Shown: in pieces, positions 26,520 through 37,547 of the stretch
Layout: each line of letters begins with the position of its first letter
Position numbering within the stretch: the first letter of the stretch is position 1
Assembly (NCBI GenBank): GCA_039680665.1
Contig: JBDKSM010000035.1
Coordinates: 337 to 64,336, forward strand
Origin: Syntrophaceae bacterium
GTDB lineage: Bacteria; Desulfobacterota; Desulfomonilia; UBA1062
Direction of reading: 5' to 3'
Length of the DNA: 64,000 nucleotides
The notes under the pieces: generated by a model
The model's input: the letters and a program-made list of their open reading frames with translations, nothing else
Database searches by the model: none
What the model was told of the DNA's origin: nothing
Made by a program: the position numbers and the translations under genes

Positions 26520-28374
26520 CTAAAGCGCAATGTCCACCTGGTAGGCGTGGCTGTCAACGGTGCGCGACATCGGATAAGCCGCTTTTTCCAGGACCTTGAG
26601 CATGGACTGGTTGTCGCGCCAGACGATCGCCCGCACGATTTCATAGGCAAGCGTGCGGCCGATGGCGACCATGGACTCGAATAGGTAGGTCCCTATACCC
26701 AGACGTTGCCAGGCCGGGTCCACCATGGCAGCGAACTCGCACACCCGCCGACCGCCGCTCTCTTCGTCCGGAGCGATATGCGCCACGGCCACGATGCGTT
26801 CCTGCTTGTCGCCTAAGGCCTGGACAACCAGGGCCATGGATTTCGTGTAATCGACATTCACCAGATACTGCGCCTGTTTATGGTGCAATGAGGCCATATG
26901 ACGCAGAAAGCGATGGAACCGGTCGTCCTTGCTCATGGCATAGAACAGATTCTGTATGGCGCGCTCGTCGGTCACCTTGACCGGCCGTATATGCACCTCC
27001 CTGTCGCCGAAGGCCCGGATCTGTTCGTGAGCGCTCGGGTAACAGGCCTCCGCAGGCGGCAGGGCCTGGTCTTCGTAGAGGTATTTTTTCCCCTTGGCTT
27101 CTTCGAGCAGCCATGGTCTGAATTTGGGGTGGGCAATCGTGATGAGCGCCAGCGCCCGTTCGCGGATGGATTTTCCGAACAGGTTGACGCACCCGTATTC
27201 GGTGACCACATAATTGACATCGCTCTGGGTGGTGACGATCCCGATCCGACTGTCGGTAAATTCCGGGACGATGCGGGAGAAACGGCCGTCACGCGAGGTC
27301 GAGCGCAGCGCGATGATGCCCTTGCCGCCGAGGGTGAACATCGCCGTGCGGTTGAAAACCGCATGTCCCAAGGCCCCGAAGAACGACGTGGGCTCGCCGA
27401 GGCCGACGCATGACTGCCCGGTCAGGTCGATCTCGACCGCTCCGTTGATGGCGATGAAGCGTTCATGGGAAAGAATCCGGGCCGGGTCGCTGATAGAGGA
27501 CAGGGCAAGGATTTCGACATCACGATTTTCGTGTACATACTCGAAGACCTTCTGGCTGCCGATGCACAAGCTTGAGGTGACGGCTGGGGCCTCAACCACA
27601 GCTGCCCCTGTGGCTAGCGCCCCGGCGGCGGCAAGATCGACGATGCGATCGGTGATGATCTCCGAATGGATACGCAAGTTTTGCTTGTCCTTCAAAAATT
27701 GCATGGCGGCGTCGGGAATCCGGCCGAACCCCACCTGAATAGTGGATCCGTCCTCGACCAAACGGGCCACGTTGCGTCCCACCGCAAGGGTCTCGGGATC
27801 AGGCTCCTCCTGACGGAAGGTCACGAGCGGCTCGTCGTGCTCCACGATATAATCGATATCCGTTAGCGGGATCAAACTATCGCCCCGGGTGATGGGCATA
27901 TGCCGGTTGACCTGGGCGATCACTCTTTCGGCCTTCCCAACGATGGCGCGCATGATATCCACCATAATGCCCAGACTGGGCATACCCTCCTCGTTGGGCG
28001 GGCTCAGTTGGATGATGGCGGTGTTGATCCTGATGTAGCCTTCATCAAACAGCTTGAACATGCCCAATGTGGAGAGAGGTAGATGGTCGGCCTGACCTTC
28101 CGCAAAGGCCGATCTCATCGCCGGGGCGACGAAGAAGGTCTGTATCCGGAAACGGGAGCCGAAATCACCGCCATAATCCGCATAGCTCCGTAAGGGCACG
28201 GAGGTATACACGTGGACATCGCTCAGGTGCATGTTATCGAAGATGAGGTGTTTGGCCAGATACTGAGGTTCTCCGCATCCGGACTCGACATACACGCATG
28301 ACCCCGGCTGGATAAGCTCCAGCAGGCGCTCAACGGTAGTTATCTTGCTCGTATACTCCTCTTTCCACATCATA
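26520..28374 (-). CDS. Acetyl-CoA hydrolase/transferase (ACH) family protein fused to a C-terminal GNAT acetyltransferase domain
   Basis: N-terminal two ACH lobes; C-terminal ~170 aa with the GNAT core (…QRLGIGTYLFES…). Start trimmed to ATGATG at 28374. The track start at 28415 is a TTG. Confidence 0.75.
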
Positions 28375-28622
28375 GCGGGCCCATTATCTCTACCACTGCG
28401 TTTTTCGTATTTCAAACCAAGGCCAACACCCTATCGTCATGTCGCGGCTGAGAAATTAACCGATCACCGCGATGATCTTCCAGGGCTATTGATCTCGGAG
28501 GCGCCAATTATCCGTGAAAATGCGGGGCGATTCCATTGGACAAAAGCCTGCAAGCCATGGCACAGTAAGATGCCCCCTAAGGGACAAATCCTTGTCAGGG
28601 CCGGGGAGCACGAACCATTGAG

Positions 28623-30644
28623 GTGCATCGCATGATCCAATCAAGGTTTCCCAACTTGATGTCACCCGGGCGGATAGCCGGGATCACGATCAAAAACCGC
28701 ATCGTGATGCCGGCCATGGGTATGAACATGTCCGACGGCGGGTATGTGAACCAGGCCGTGATCAATCATTATACCGAGCGCGCCAAGGGCGGCGCAGGGT
28801 TGATCGTCGTGGAGGTCACGTGCGTGGACGCGCCCCTGGGTCTAAATACCAAGGACATGCTGGTGATCGATGACGATGCCTATATCCCGGGCTTCGCACG
28901 CCTGACCCGCAGCATCCACGCGCACGGCGCCAAATGCGTGCTGCAGATCAGCCACACCGGACGCGGCGCCAAGCGCAGAAACACGGGCGGCCAGCCGGTC
29001 GGACCGTCGGCGGTCAAGATGCCCTTCAGCATGGTGACCGGCCTGGAGGGGGAAGAACCCCGCGCCCTGACGGATGGCGAAATCAGCGCTATTGAAGATA
29101 AATATGCCGCAGCGGCCTTGCGCGCCAAAGAGGCCGGCTTCGACGGCATCCAGGTCCATGCGACCGGCTACTACCTGGTCTCGCAATTCCTCTCCGCCAC
29201 GGCCAACCGGCGCACCGATGCCTATGGCGGCAACGCCCGCCAGCGCGCGAGCTTTGCGCTCAACATCCTCAAAAAGATCAAAGACCGAGCCGGCGCCGAC
29301 TTCCCGGTCATCTACAAGCTTTCGCTCCTGGAACTGGGCAAGCAGGGCGGGATCGGCCTGTTGGACGGCCTTCTCTACGCCTACCTGCTTCAGGAGGCCG
29401 GCGCCGATGCCATCGAGGTCCTGGCCATGTCGTACAAGGACAAACCGACCCTTCGCGATGTACCCGACAGCGCGCAAGGCACGGGACTCACCTTTCCGTT
29501 GGCCAGACTGTTGAAACTGGCCCGCGTCCTGGGCCGTTCAACCAGACCGAATCTCTTCCTCGGGCGCAAGGCCATGCGGATCCCGCTGATCTCAGGCGGC
29601 CGCGCCTTCGATCCGGTCCTGGCCGAAAAAGCCCTGAGCAAAGGCCTGACCGATTTCGTATTCATGGGTCGGGGTCTGCTCGCCGAACCGAACTTGCCCG
29701 CCATGATCGAGGAGGGCACCCATGACCTGGCACGGCCCTGTATCGGCTGCGGCCGCTGCATCGACAATCAGCTCCAGCACCAGAGCCGGGCCGTGTGTTC
29801 GGGCAATGCCGTGATCGGCAGGGATGACAATGATTATACCATCCCGCCCGCTGAAACCCAACGGAAAGTCCTGGTGATCGGCGGCGGACCGGGGGGCATG
29901 GAAGCCGCCCGGATCGCCGGCTACCGGGGCCATGCGGTGCTCCTGGCGGAAAAAGACATGCGTCTGGGCGGCCAACTGCACTATGCCGTGGCGCCGCCCC
30001 ACAAACACAACCTCAAGCCGCTCATCACCTATTACGAAAAGCAACTAGCTCAGACCGGCGTAACGGTCGAGCTCAACCGGAACATACAGGCCCACGAGGT
30101 CATCGCGGGCGGATACGATGCGGTCGTCTGCGCCACGGGAGTGGCTCCGGCGGCGCTGCCGATCCCGGGCTTCAACCTGGCCCATGTCATCAACGCCAAA
30201 GCGGTGCTGTCCGGTAGAACCACCGGCCGCACGGTCGTGATCATCGGCGGCGGCCTTGTCGGCTGCGAAACGGCTGAGTTCTTGCTCAAACACAAACGGC
30301 GCGTCGCCATCGTGGAGATGCTCCCCGAACTTGCCGCCAAGATGCCGGCCGCCGGCCGCACGATTCTGCTGGGCCATCTCAAGACGCTGGGCGCATATTT
30401 CTATACCGGCTATAGATGCCGTGAGATCACCGCAAAAACCGTTGCCATAGAGGAAGAACGCGGGGTCGGTAGGGTGCTCAAGGCCGATACGGTAGTCATC
30501 GCCGTGGGTGACAAACCGGACACGGCGTTGTATGATGCCTTAAAGGGAAAGGTCGCCGAGCTCTATCTGATCGGCGATGCCGCCCGGCCGGAAGGCATAG
30601 CCGAAAGCGTCGCCGCCGGCTACTATACCGGCTTAAGGATTTGA
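28623..30644 (+). CDS. 2,4-dienoyl-CoA reductase-like enzyme: Old-Yellow-Enzyme TIM barrel + 4Fe-4S + FAD/NAD(P)-binding oxidoreductase domain (673 aa)
   Basis: OYE-like N-terminus (IKNRIVMPAMG...HYTERAKGGAGLIVVE), Cys motif CIGCGRCIDN, C-terminal GGGPGG dinucleotide-binding motif. Confidence 0.8.
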   Translation: MHRMIQSRFPNLMSPGRIAGITIKNRIVMPAMGMNMSDGGYVNQAVINHYTERAKGGAGLIVVEVTCVDAPLGLNTKDMLVIDDDAYIPGFARLTRSIHAHGAKCVLQISHTGRGAKRRNTGGQPVGPSAVKMPFSMVTGLEGEEPRALTDGEISAIEDKYAAAALRAKEAGFDGIQVHATGYYLVSQFLSATANRRTDAYGGNARQRASFALNILKKIKDRAGADFPVIYKLSLLELGKQGGIGLLDGLLYAYLLQEAGADAIEVLAMSYKDKPTLRDVPDSAQGTGLTFPLARLLKLARVLGRSTRPNLFLGRKAMRIPLISGGRAFDPVLAEKALSKGLTDFVFMGRGLLAEPNLPAMIEEGTHDLARPCIGCGRCIDNQLQHQSRAVCSGNAVIGRDDNDYTIPPAETQRKVLVIGGGPGGMEAARIAGYRGHAVLLAEKDMRLGGQLHYAVAPPHKHNLKPLITYYEKQLAQTGVTVELNRNIQAHEVIAGGYDAVVCATGVAPAALPIPGFNLAHVINAKAVLSGRTTGRTVVIIGGGLVGCETAEFLLKHKRRVAIVEMLPELAAKMPAAGRTILLGHLKTLGAYFYTGYRCREITAKTVAIEEERGVGRVLKADTVVIAVGDKPDTALYDALKGKVAELYLIGDAARPEGIAESVAAGYYTGLRI

Positions 30645-30666
30645 ACCGCAAAGGGGGAGGACTCGC

Positions 30667-31998
30667 ATGAAAAATGCAGGGGCGAAATTTCTATGGTTTA
30701 TCGTATTGCTGGGATTGGCCTGCGCCATAGGCGCCGTATTCCTGTTTCTTGAATGGGAGAAACCGCGCATTGTCGCCGATCCTTCTCTATCCGTAATCGG
30801 TCAGCATAAGGTGGCGGACATCGATTTCATGGACCTCCAGTCCGGCCTGCGGCACATCGCCGTGCGTCTGTCCCAGGGCGGCAAAGACATCGTGCTGGCC
30901 AGCGCGGACATGGACGGCAAGGGCGTAACGCAGAAGACTCTGCGCGTGGAAGTATCTCCGCGTGACCTGGGACTGACCGACGGGGAAGCACTCCTCACGA
31001 TCACGGCCACGGACTTCTCGCCCTTGAAGAACACCTCCACCCTGACGATAAAAACCACCATCGACGCCGTAGCGCCGCGCATAGCGCTCTTGAGTACGGC
31101 GCATAACGTCAACCCGGGCGGGACCTGCCTGGCGATCTTCAAGCTTTCCAAGGCGGTCAAGACCTGTGGTGTGCGCGTCGGGACGGATTTCTTCCCGGCT
31201 TACGCGACAAAGATCAAGGACAAGCCCTGTTATGTCTGTTATTTTGCGGTACCCATGGACGTGAAAGCCACGACTCCGATGGCGATCGTGGTTGAGGATA
31301 AGGGCGGCAATACCGCCACGGCCGCGATCCCCTTCCATATCCGCACGGGCCAGACCTTCCGCGCCGACAAGCTTACCTTGAGCGCGCGCTTCCTGCAGAA
31401 CAAGGCCGTGGAGTTCGAACAGCACGACCGCCACCTAGCCGGCAAATCCCCGGAGGAAATTTTTATAGCGGTGAATTCGCAGACACGCCAAGAGAATACC
31501 AAGAAGATCCAGTCATACTGTGCTCGTTCGCAGCCAAAGCAACTATGGCAAGGGACCTTCCTGCGCATGCAGAACTCCGCGCCCATGGCCCGTTTCGGAG
31601 ACAAACGCACCTATCTCTATGAAGGACAGGATCTGGGTGGAAGCGTGCACCTGGGCGTCGATCTCGCCTCCACCGCGCATGCCCCGCTTGAGGCGGCCAA
31701 CAACGGTGTCGTGGTCTTTGCCGAATATCTGGGGATCTACGGCAATACGGTGATCATCGATCATGGTATGGGTGTGGCAAGCTTGTACGGTCATATGAAT
31801 GAGATTGCGGTCAAACCCGGCCAGCAGGTGTCCAAAGGCACGGTAATCGGCACCACCGGAACTACGGGTCTGGCGGGCGGTGACCATCTGCATTTCAGTA
31901 TCCTGGTCGGCGGCCGGTTCGTGAATCCCATTGAATGGTGGGACCCGCACTGGCTAAAGGACAATGTCGAGGATAAACTCAACGATGCCGCAATGTAG
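30667..31998 (+). CDS. M23 family (LytM-like) peptidoglycan endopeptidase with N-terminal membrane anchor
   Basis: HLGVDLA...GDHLHFSILVGGRFVNP metal-binding motifs. Confidence 0.8.
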   Translation: MKNAGAKFLWFIVLLGLACAIGAVFLFLEWEKPRIVADPSLSVIGQHKVADIDFMDLQSGLRHIAVRLSQGGKDIVLASADMDGKGVTQKTLRVEVSPRDLGLTDGEALLTITATDFSPLKNTSTLTIKTTIDAVAPRIALLSTAHNVNPGGTCLAIFKLSKAVKTCGVRVGTDFFPAYATKIKDKPCYVCYFAVPMDVKATTPMAIVVEDKGGNTATAAIPFHIRTGQTFRADKLTLSARFLQNKAVEFEQHDRHLAGKSPEEIFIAVNSQTRQENTKKIQSYCARSQPKQLWQGTFLRMQNSAPMARFGDKRTYLYEGQDLGGSVHLGVDLASTAHAPLEAANNGVVVFAEYLGIYGNTVIIDHGMGVASLYGHMNEIAVKPGQQVSKGTVIGTTGTTGLAGGDHLHFSILVGGRFVNPIEWWDPHWLKDNVEDKLNDAAM

Positions 31999-32028
31999 AT
32001 AAAATCAAGGAGCTGCCTCGCTGATCGA

Positions 32029-32793
32029 TCAGAACTTGATAGCCGCCCCGATATAAGGCCCGGAGGTATCGTACTTGAATTCGACGTCATCTTCGTCGAC
32101 GTCGATCTTGAAGAAGCGGTAACCGCCGGTTATATCAAGGAACGGCAACGGCGTGAAGGACAGTTCGGCCTGCGCGTCCATGACCGTATTGCCGCTATAG
32201 CCCATGCCGGTCGCCAGCACCCGGGCCTCCAGCAGATCGTTGATCAGGCCGACATGCACATTGGCCCCCAACATGGGGAGGGGGGCGGTGAAGTCCTGCT
32301 TGGTCTGCTCGCCGGTCATCTCGGATTCTATCTGCGCCGAACCTTTGAGGACCTTGACCTTGCCCACCAGGCCGATGGAAAAACCGGCCAGAATATTTTC
32401 AAGATCGATCACATCGTACTGGTACATACCCTCCATGGCCGTGAATTCCAGTTCCGTGCGGATGGTATCGCTCGCATGGTAAACCTCGCCGTTGAAAACC
32501 ACCTCATGATCCAGGACCTTGTTACCCTTATAATCCGCCTGATGATAACCCAGCATGACATGATGCCGGCCGGTGCCCAGGAACACCTCGATCACCGCAC
32601 TGGACTCGTCGTCAAGCCCTAAGGTGTCGACGAAGTCAAGCTTGGTGCCGGCCAGGGCGTCGTCATCGACCCGGATATCGCCGCTGAGCTCGGGCGTCCA
32701 CACATACCCCCGCATCCCCAGTTCAAGGCCCCAGGACGGCAGGCTGAGAAACACCACAAACAGAATGACCACCGCGCGCACGATCTGTTTCAT
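32029..32793 (-). CDS. Outer-membrane beta-barrel protein (OmpA/OmpW-like porin fold)
   Basis: Signal peptide MKQIVRAVVILFVVFLSLPSWG, alternating amphipathic strands, C-terminal ...YIGAAIKF (terminal Phe). Confidence 0.65.
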   Translation of the reverse strand: MKQIVRAVVILFVVFLSLPSWGLELGMRGYVWTPELSGDIRVDDDALAGTKLDFVDTLGLDDESSAVIEVFLGTGRHHVMLGYHQADYKGNKVLDHEVVFNGEVYHASDTIRTELEFTAMEGMYQYDVIDLENILAGFSIGLVGKVKVLKGSAQIESEMTGEQTKQDFTAPLPMLGANVHVGLINDLLEARVLATGMGYSGNTVMDAQAELSFTPLPFLDITGGYRFFKIDVDEDDVEFKYDTSGPYIGAAIKF

Positions 32794-33263
32794 ACCCCCC
32801 CCTCCGTGCTTGCCCTTAACGTACCGTGAAAAATGCCTCCTACGATAGCAGGCAAGTCTAAGATCTTATCTTTAATTACATTAATATAGGAAATATAACC
32901 TATGGGCAAGCGTCACGCCCTCCCGTGAGTGCTTTTTTAGCATACCTGCCTGCAAGGGGAGTATCCCTAATGAAAATCAGACGAAACATGAGTCCTCAGA
33001 ACCAGGATCAAGCCTATCTCTCAAGCCGCCGAGCATCTGGACGATATACTATATCGAGGCAAGAACTTTGGGAGAATGACCGATGTTCATACTCATCGCC
33101 GCATGCGGCCTCAGCATCGTCGTGATCGGCCTGCTCTTTTTGATGGCCGCGGAATTGGATGCGCCACTGCCGCGGCAAGGCGATCGTTACGGACAGACAG
33201 AGCTCAAAGTATGTACCGTAATCGATCTTAATGAACGCCGCCCCACAATCTCACGCAAGTCAA

Positions 33264-33956
33264 TTAAGATTCCCGGGCTAGGGTAATCTCCACACGACGG
33301 TTGGCTTGACGGTTTTCGGACGATGTATTCGCGTACAAAGGGCGGTATTCACCATACCCTCGGATAGAGACCTGCCGGGGGTCCACGCCGTTTTCACACA
33401 GGAAACGCACCACGGCCGCGGCACGGGCGGCAGAAAGCTCCCAGTTGGAGGGGAAGGCCGGCGTATTGATGGGCGTATCATCGCTATGGCCTGATACAAG
33501 GATCTGGTAACCTGACTGCGAGGCGATGAAGGCAGCGATCCGCTGGAGGGTCGGTTGAAAGTCCTTCAGCAGTTCGGCTTGGCCTTGCGCGAAGGTGATG
33601 CGTTCGCTCAGAATGAACACGGGACGGGTTTGATCCCAGCGCACGGTAAAACCTTGATCCGTACGCTGGCTCATGAAACGCGTCACCTCGTCCTTGAGAT
33701 GTTCATCGGCGGCCTGTACCGCCGCGGGAGCCGCGGTAACATTCGCGGACTTGGACGCCACGGGACGGTCATGCATGTTCGAATTAGCATACAGCAGGAT
33801 AAAGAAGATCAGTAAAAGGGTGATGACGTCGGCGATGGACCACAGAAAGGGATCATCTTCGCCGCCAGCCAGCGAGGATACCTGCTGCCAGAGGGGACGG
33901 ACGCGGGGATGCGGGGAAGAACCCGGCATGCGCGTTTCACTGCCCGACCGGTACAT
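33264..33956 (-). CDS. motB: MotB-like proton-channel stator subunit with OmpA-like C-terminal domain
   Basis: N-terminal TM helix (DVITLLLIFFILLYA); OmpA-like C-terminus NWELSAARAAAVVRFL...NRRVEI; overlaps motA-like by 20 nt. Confidence 0.7.
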   Translation of the reverse strand: MYRSGSETRMPGSSPHPRVRPLWQQVSSLAGGEDDPFLWSIADVITLLLIFFILLYANSNMHDRPVASKSANVTAAPAAVQAADEHLKDEVTRFMSQRTDQGFTVRWDQTRPVFILSERITFAQGQAELLKDFQPTLQRIAAFIASQSGYQILVSGHSDDTPINTPAFPSNWELSAARAAAVVRFLCENGVDPRQVSIRGYGEYRPLYANTSSENRQANRRVEITLARES

Positions 33957-34788
33957 CCTGAGCCCCTGCGGTCACGACGGCCATGGACATATCCACCACG
34001 GCCGCAGCCCGCTTATCCGGAGCCATAGGCGCACGCCACGAAGAATGGGTATTGGCGTCCAGATAGGATTTGAGCCGGTGCGATATCGCCACCGGATTCT
34101 TCGACTCGGCGATGCCCAAAAGGCCTTCCAGCACGATGTTCAAAAGCGTGGCCTCGGATTTGACATATTCGGAAAGCTTGCGCGCCATGGGCAGGAAAAG
34201 AAAGTTGGTGAACATAAGCCCGTAGAGCGTGGTCAGCAAGGCGAGTGACATGCCCTTTCCGATGGTCGTGGGATCTCCCATGGTATGCAGGATGCTGATG
34301 AGCCCCAGGACCGTTCCCAAAAACCCGAAGGCCGGGGCGATCTTGGCCATGGTATTGAGGATATTGATCTGGGATTCCTTGGAGGAAAAATACAGCTCGT
34401 ATTCCTTTTCCATGATGAACTGGATTTCATGCAGGCTGTAGCCGTCGGCGATCAGATCGATCCCCTTGCGCAAAAAAAGGTTATCGGCCTTCTCGCCGTA
34501 AGCATTCAATTCACGCGGACCGGACGATCGCCTGACGCGGGCCAGGACGGTGATCTGTTGGATGGTATGGCTCATATCCGGGGACGTATGACGATAGACG
34601 TGCCTGAGGCTGTGCACAAGATCGGTGAAGGTCGGCAGGGGAAAGGCCAGCAGCGCGCTCAAAAGCGTGCCTCCCAGGACCATGAGAAAACTTTGCAGGT
34701 TCACCGCCAGGGAGGTTTTGCCCAGGACGCTTCCGGCCATGATCATGAAAATGACGGCCCCTCCCGCCAGGATCAATCGCTGCTTCAT
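33937..34788 (-). CDS. motA: MotA/TolQ/ExbB family proton channel
   Basis: Four-TM MotA-like protein immediately upstream of the motB-like gene. Confidence 0.7.
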   Translation of the reverse strand: MKQRLILAGGAVIFMIMAGSVLGKTSLAVNLQSFLMVLGGTLLSALLAFPLPTFTDLVHSLRHVYRHTSPDMSHTIQQITVLARVRRSSGPRELNAYGEKADNLFLRKGIDLIADGYSLHEIQFIMEKEYELYFSSKESQINILNTMAKIAPAFGFLGTVLGLISILHTMGDPTTIGKGMSLALLTTLYGLMFTNFLFLPMARKLSEYVKSEATLLNIVLEGLLGIAESKNPVAISHRLKSYLDANTHSSWRAPMAPDKRAAAVVDMSMAVVTAGAQDVPVGQ

Positions 34789-34965
34789 ACTGTTGCCTCC
34801 CGTTCATACGGTTTTTCAAAGATGATGCAGAGGGTGTGCCAGTCACCGGCAGGGCCTGTCCGCCCTGTCCTTGGCGCCCGGGCAAGGGAATATTTTGCCT
34901 ACCTGCGCGGCCAAGGCATCCAGGGCTTGACAAAGAAAAAGATGTTGCATATAGGAGTGCATGGT

Positions 34966-35040
34966 GCGGGAATAACTCAGTGGTAGAGTGTAACCTTGCC
35001 AAGGTTAAAGTCGCGGGTTCGAATCCCGTTTCCCGCTCCA
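34966..35040 (+). tRNA. tRNA-Gly (anticodon GCC), CCA encoded
   Basis: Cloverleaf GCGGGAA/TTCCCGC acceptor stem, anticodon loop TTGCCAA, T-loop GGTTCGAATCC. Confidence 0.9.
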
Positions 35041-35174
35041 ACTTCTTTATCAATCCCTGGAAAATCCCCCCGAGTGAATGCAATAACCCCCGGAAGGTTC
35101 TATCAAGCCCAGGGTCTTTGATGAAGTCTTGACCGGGGGGAACCTGCCTTATGAAAACAAGCCCCCCTGGTTGA

Positions 35175-36468
35175 TCACGGATAGGCTCGATACATCATGC
35201 GCGGGAAGGGGATCGTCTCGCGTACGTGCTTCAGCCCGCAGATCCAGGCCAGAGTCCTTTCGATGCCCATGCCGAAGCCGGAGTGCGGCACGCTGCCATA
35301 GCGGCGGACATCCAGATACCAGCCGTAGCGTTCGGGATCGAGGCCCTGGTCCCTGATAGATTTCAAGAGTACGTCGATATCCTCTTCGCGCTGCGAGCCG
35401 CCGATGATCTCTCCGTAGCCTTCGGGCGCCAGAAGGTCGGCGCACATGACGACCTCCGGCCGATCCGGGTGCTGTTTCATGTAGAAGGCCTTGGCCTGCT
35501 TGGGATAGCACTCGATGAAGACCGGCTTGTCATAGAGCTTGGTCAGAATGGTCTCGTCGTCGCCGCCCAAGTCGATGCCCCATTCGATATTCGAACCGTT
35601 CTTTTGCAGGATTTTCACTGCCTCATCGTAGCTCAGCCGATAGAAGGGTGTCGTGATCTTTTTCAGGGGTTCCAAATCGCGCTCGAGGAACGTCAGCTCC
35701 GCGGCCCGCTCCGCGATAGTGTTCTGCACGATGTAGGCCACCAGGTTTTCCTGGACCTCTAAGTTCATCGTATGGTCATGAAAGGCCATCTCGCCCTCAA
35801 CCATCCAAAACTCGGTCAGATGCCGGCGGGTCTTGGATGGTTCGGCCCGGAAGGTGGGCCCGAAGCAATAGACCTTGCCAAGACCTGCCATGGCGGCCTC
35901 CAGATAGAGCTGGCCGGTCTGGGACAGATAGGCTTTGCCCAGGTCGAAATACTCCACGCTGAAGAGATTGGAGGAATCCTCGCCTACCGTGGTGGTGAAG
36001 ATGGGGGTATCCACCAAGGTGAAGCCATTCTTGTAGAAGAAATCGCGCACATGCCGCACCAGGGTATCGCGTATGCGCAGGATCGCTATCTGGCGTGGGG
36101 ACCTAAGCCAGAGGTGCCGGTGGGTTAACAGAAAATCCGGACCATGCTCCTTTTTGCCGATCGGGAATTCCTCGGATTTGTGGACGATGGTGATGGAAGC
36201 GGCATGCAGCTCGAATCCACCCGCGGCGCGTTCCTCTTTGACCACCCGTCCGGTGGCGATAACGGAGGACTCCAGCGGTAATTTGCGGATCTCTTCATAG
36301 AACTCCCCGAAGGTTTCGCGTTCGGCCACGACCTGGCAGGTGCCGGTGCCGTCGCGCAGGATGAGGAAGGAGACCTTGCCGCTCGACCGGCGGTTCGGGA
36401 CCCAGCCCTGGATGGTGACCTCCGCGCCGATATGCGCGGGAAAATCGCGGATCGTGCATATACTCATA
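35175..36468 (-). CDS. asnS: Asparagine--tRNA ligase
   Basis: Trimmed to MSICTIRDFPAHIGAEVTIQGW (ATG 36466-36468, RBS GGAAGGAGAG). Class II motifs FRAE and GxGxER plus a C-terminal IPFPR. Confidence 0.9.
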
Positions 36469-36625
36469 CATTGCTCTCCTTCCAAGTCTGAAAAAAATTC
36501 ATAGCGCAGATGACGCGGCCGATCAAGCGGAAGAAGAACATACGTCTTCGCACCTCCGATCATTCGCACCCAGGGAAATATGCGCTTGACACTCAAAGTC
36601 CAATTCGATAAGGAACCCACATGAT

Positions 36626-36698
36626 GGGCCCTTAGCTCAATTGGTAGAGCCACCGGCTCATAACCGGTAGGTCCCTGGTTCGATTCCAGGAGGGCCCA
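36626..36698 (+). tRNA. tRNA-Met (anticodon CAU; elongator-type, or possibly tRNA-Ile2 if lysidinylated), CCA not encoded
   Basis: Acceptor GGGCCCT/AGGGCCC with G1:C72 paired (not an initiator), anticodon loop CTCATAA. Confidence 0.85.
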
Positions 36699-36795
36699 CT
36701 CAAAAGGTAGGTAGGGTGAAAGACAGATCATACATTAAAGCGAGGTGAAGGATAAAAGGGGTGCAGAGATGCACCCCTTTTCTTTTTGAAAACGT

Positions 36796-37536
36796 ATGCG
36801 CTTGCAGGAGATCATGGACATTTTAAACGGCATCGCCCCCTTTGCTCTGGCCCAGGAGTGGGACAATTGCGGCATCATGGTCGGCGACCCGGACCAGGAG
36901 ATACGCTCCATCCTGATTGCGCTCGATCCTTCACCGAAGGTGATCGACCATGCCCTTAACCAAGGAATCGATCTCATCGTCACCCACCACCCGCTCTTTT
37001 TCGAGCCCATCAAATCCCTGAACCTGGCATCCGGTCCGGCCCGCAAAGCGGCCATGCTCATCCAAAACCACCTGGCGCTCGTGAGCATGCACACCAACCT
37101 CGATACGGCGCCGGACGGGATCGCGGACGTACTGGCCGCCCGTCTTGGCCTGCGCGAGGTACGGGGCTTGGGCATGTTGCGTCTCGGCCATATCGACCCT
37201 CAGCCTTTGGACGTGTGGGTCAAGTCGCTGCCTTTCCCGGGCGCGCGCATCTGCGCGGCCGGCAGGGATGCCGCCGCGGTGGCGGTTTGTCCGGGGAGCG
37301 GCATGGATCTCTGGCCCGAAGCGCTTGAATCCGGATGCGACACCTTGGTTACGGGCGACGTGCGTTACCACCGGGCCATGGACGCCGTGGAAGCCGGCTT
37401 GAACATCGTGGATCTCGGGCATTACGGCAGTGAAGCCGTCATTCTTAAGCCTCTGGCCGAGCGCGTGCGGTCTTTGCTGCCCGCTGTTCAGACCACGGCC
37501 TTTGAAGGCGAGGATATATTCACAAGTATACGGTAA
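36796..37536 (+). CDS. Nif3-like dinuclear metal centre protein (YqfO/GTP cyclohydrolase 1 type 2 family)
   Basis: MRLQEIMDILNGIAPFALAQEWDNCGIMVGD and HH/D/E metal ligands typical of NIF3. Confidence 0.8.
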   Translation: MRLQEIMDILNGIAPFALAQEWDNCGIMVGDPDQEIRSILIALDPSPKVIDHALNQGIDLIVTHHPLFFEPIKSLNLASGPARKAAMLIQNHLALVSMHTNLDTAPDGIADVLAARLGLREVRGLGMLRLGHIDPQPLDVWVKSLPFPGARICAAGRDAAAVAVCPGSGMDLWPEALESGCDTLVTGDVRYHRAMDAVEAGLNIVDLGHYGSEAVILKPLAERVRSLLPAVQTTAFEGEDIFTSIR

Positions 37537-37547
37537 GGAGAAAAGCT

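Noticed and set aside
32794-33263. Small ORFs 32925..33125 and 33083..33286 in the 470-nt gap between the OMP and motB-like genes
   Set aside because: No RBS or conserved features. The second has a hydrophobic stretch but overlaps the motB-like 3' end. Left unannotated; it could hide a small RNA, which cannot be assessed from sequence alone.
36469-36625. T-box leader upstream of asnS
   Set aside because: Only ~150 nt are available and no AATTAGGGTGGTACCGCG-like T-box sequence or specifier-loop architecture was seen on the minus strand.
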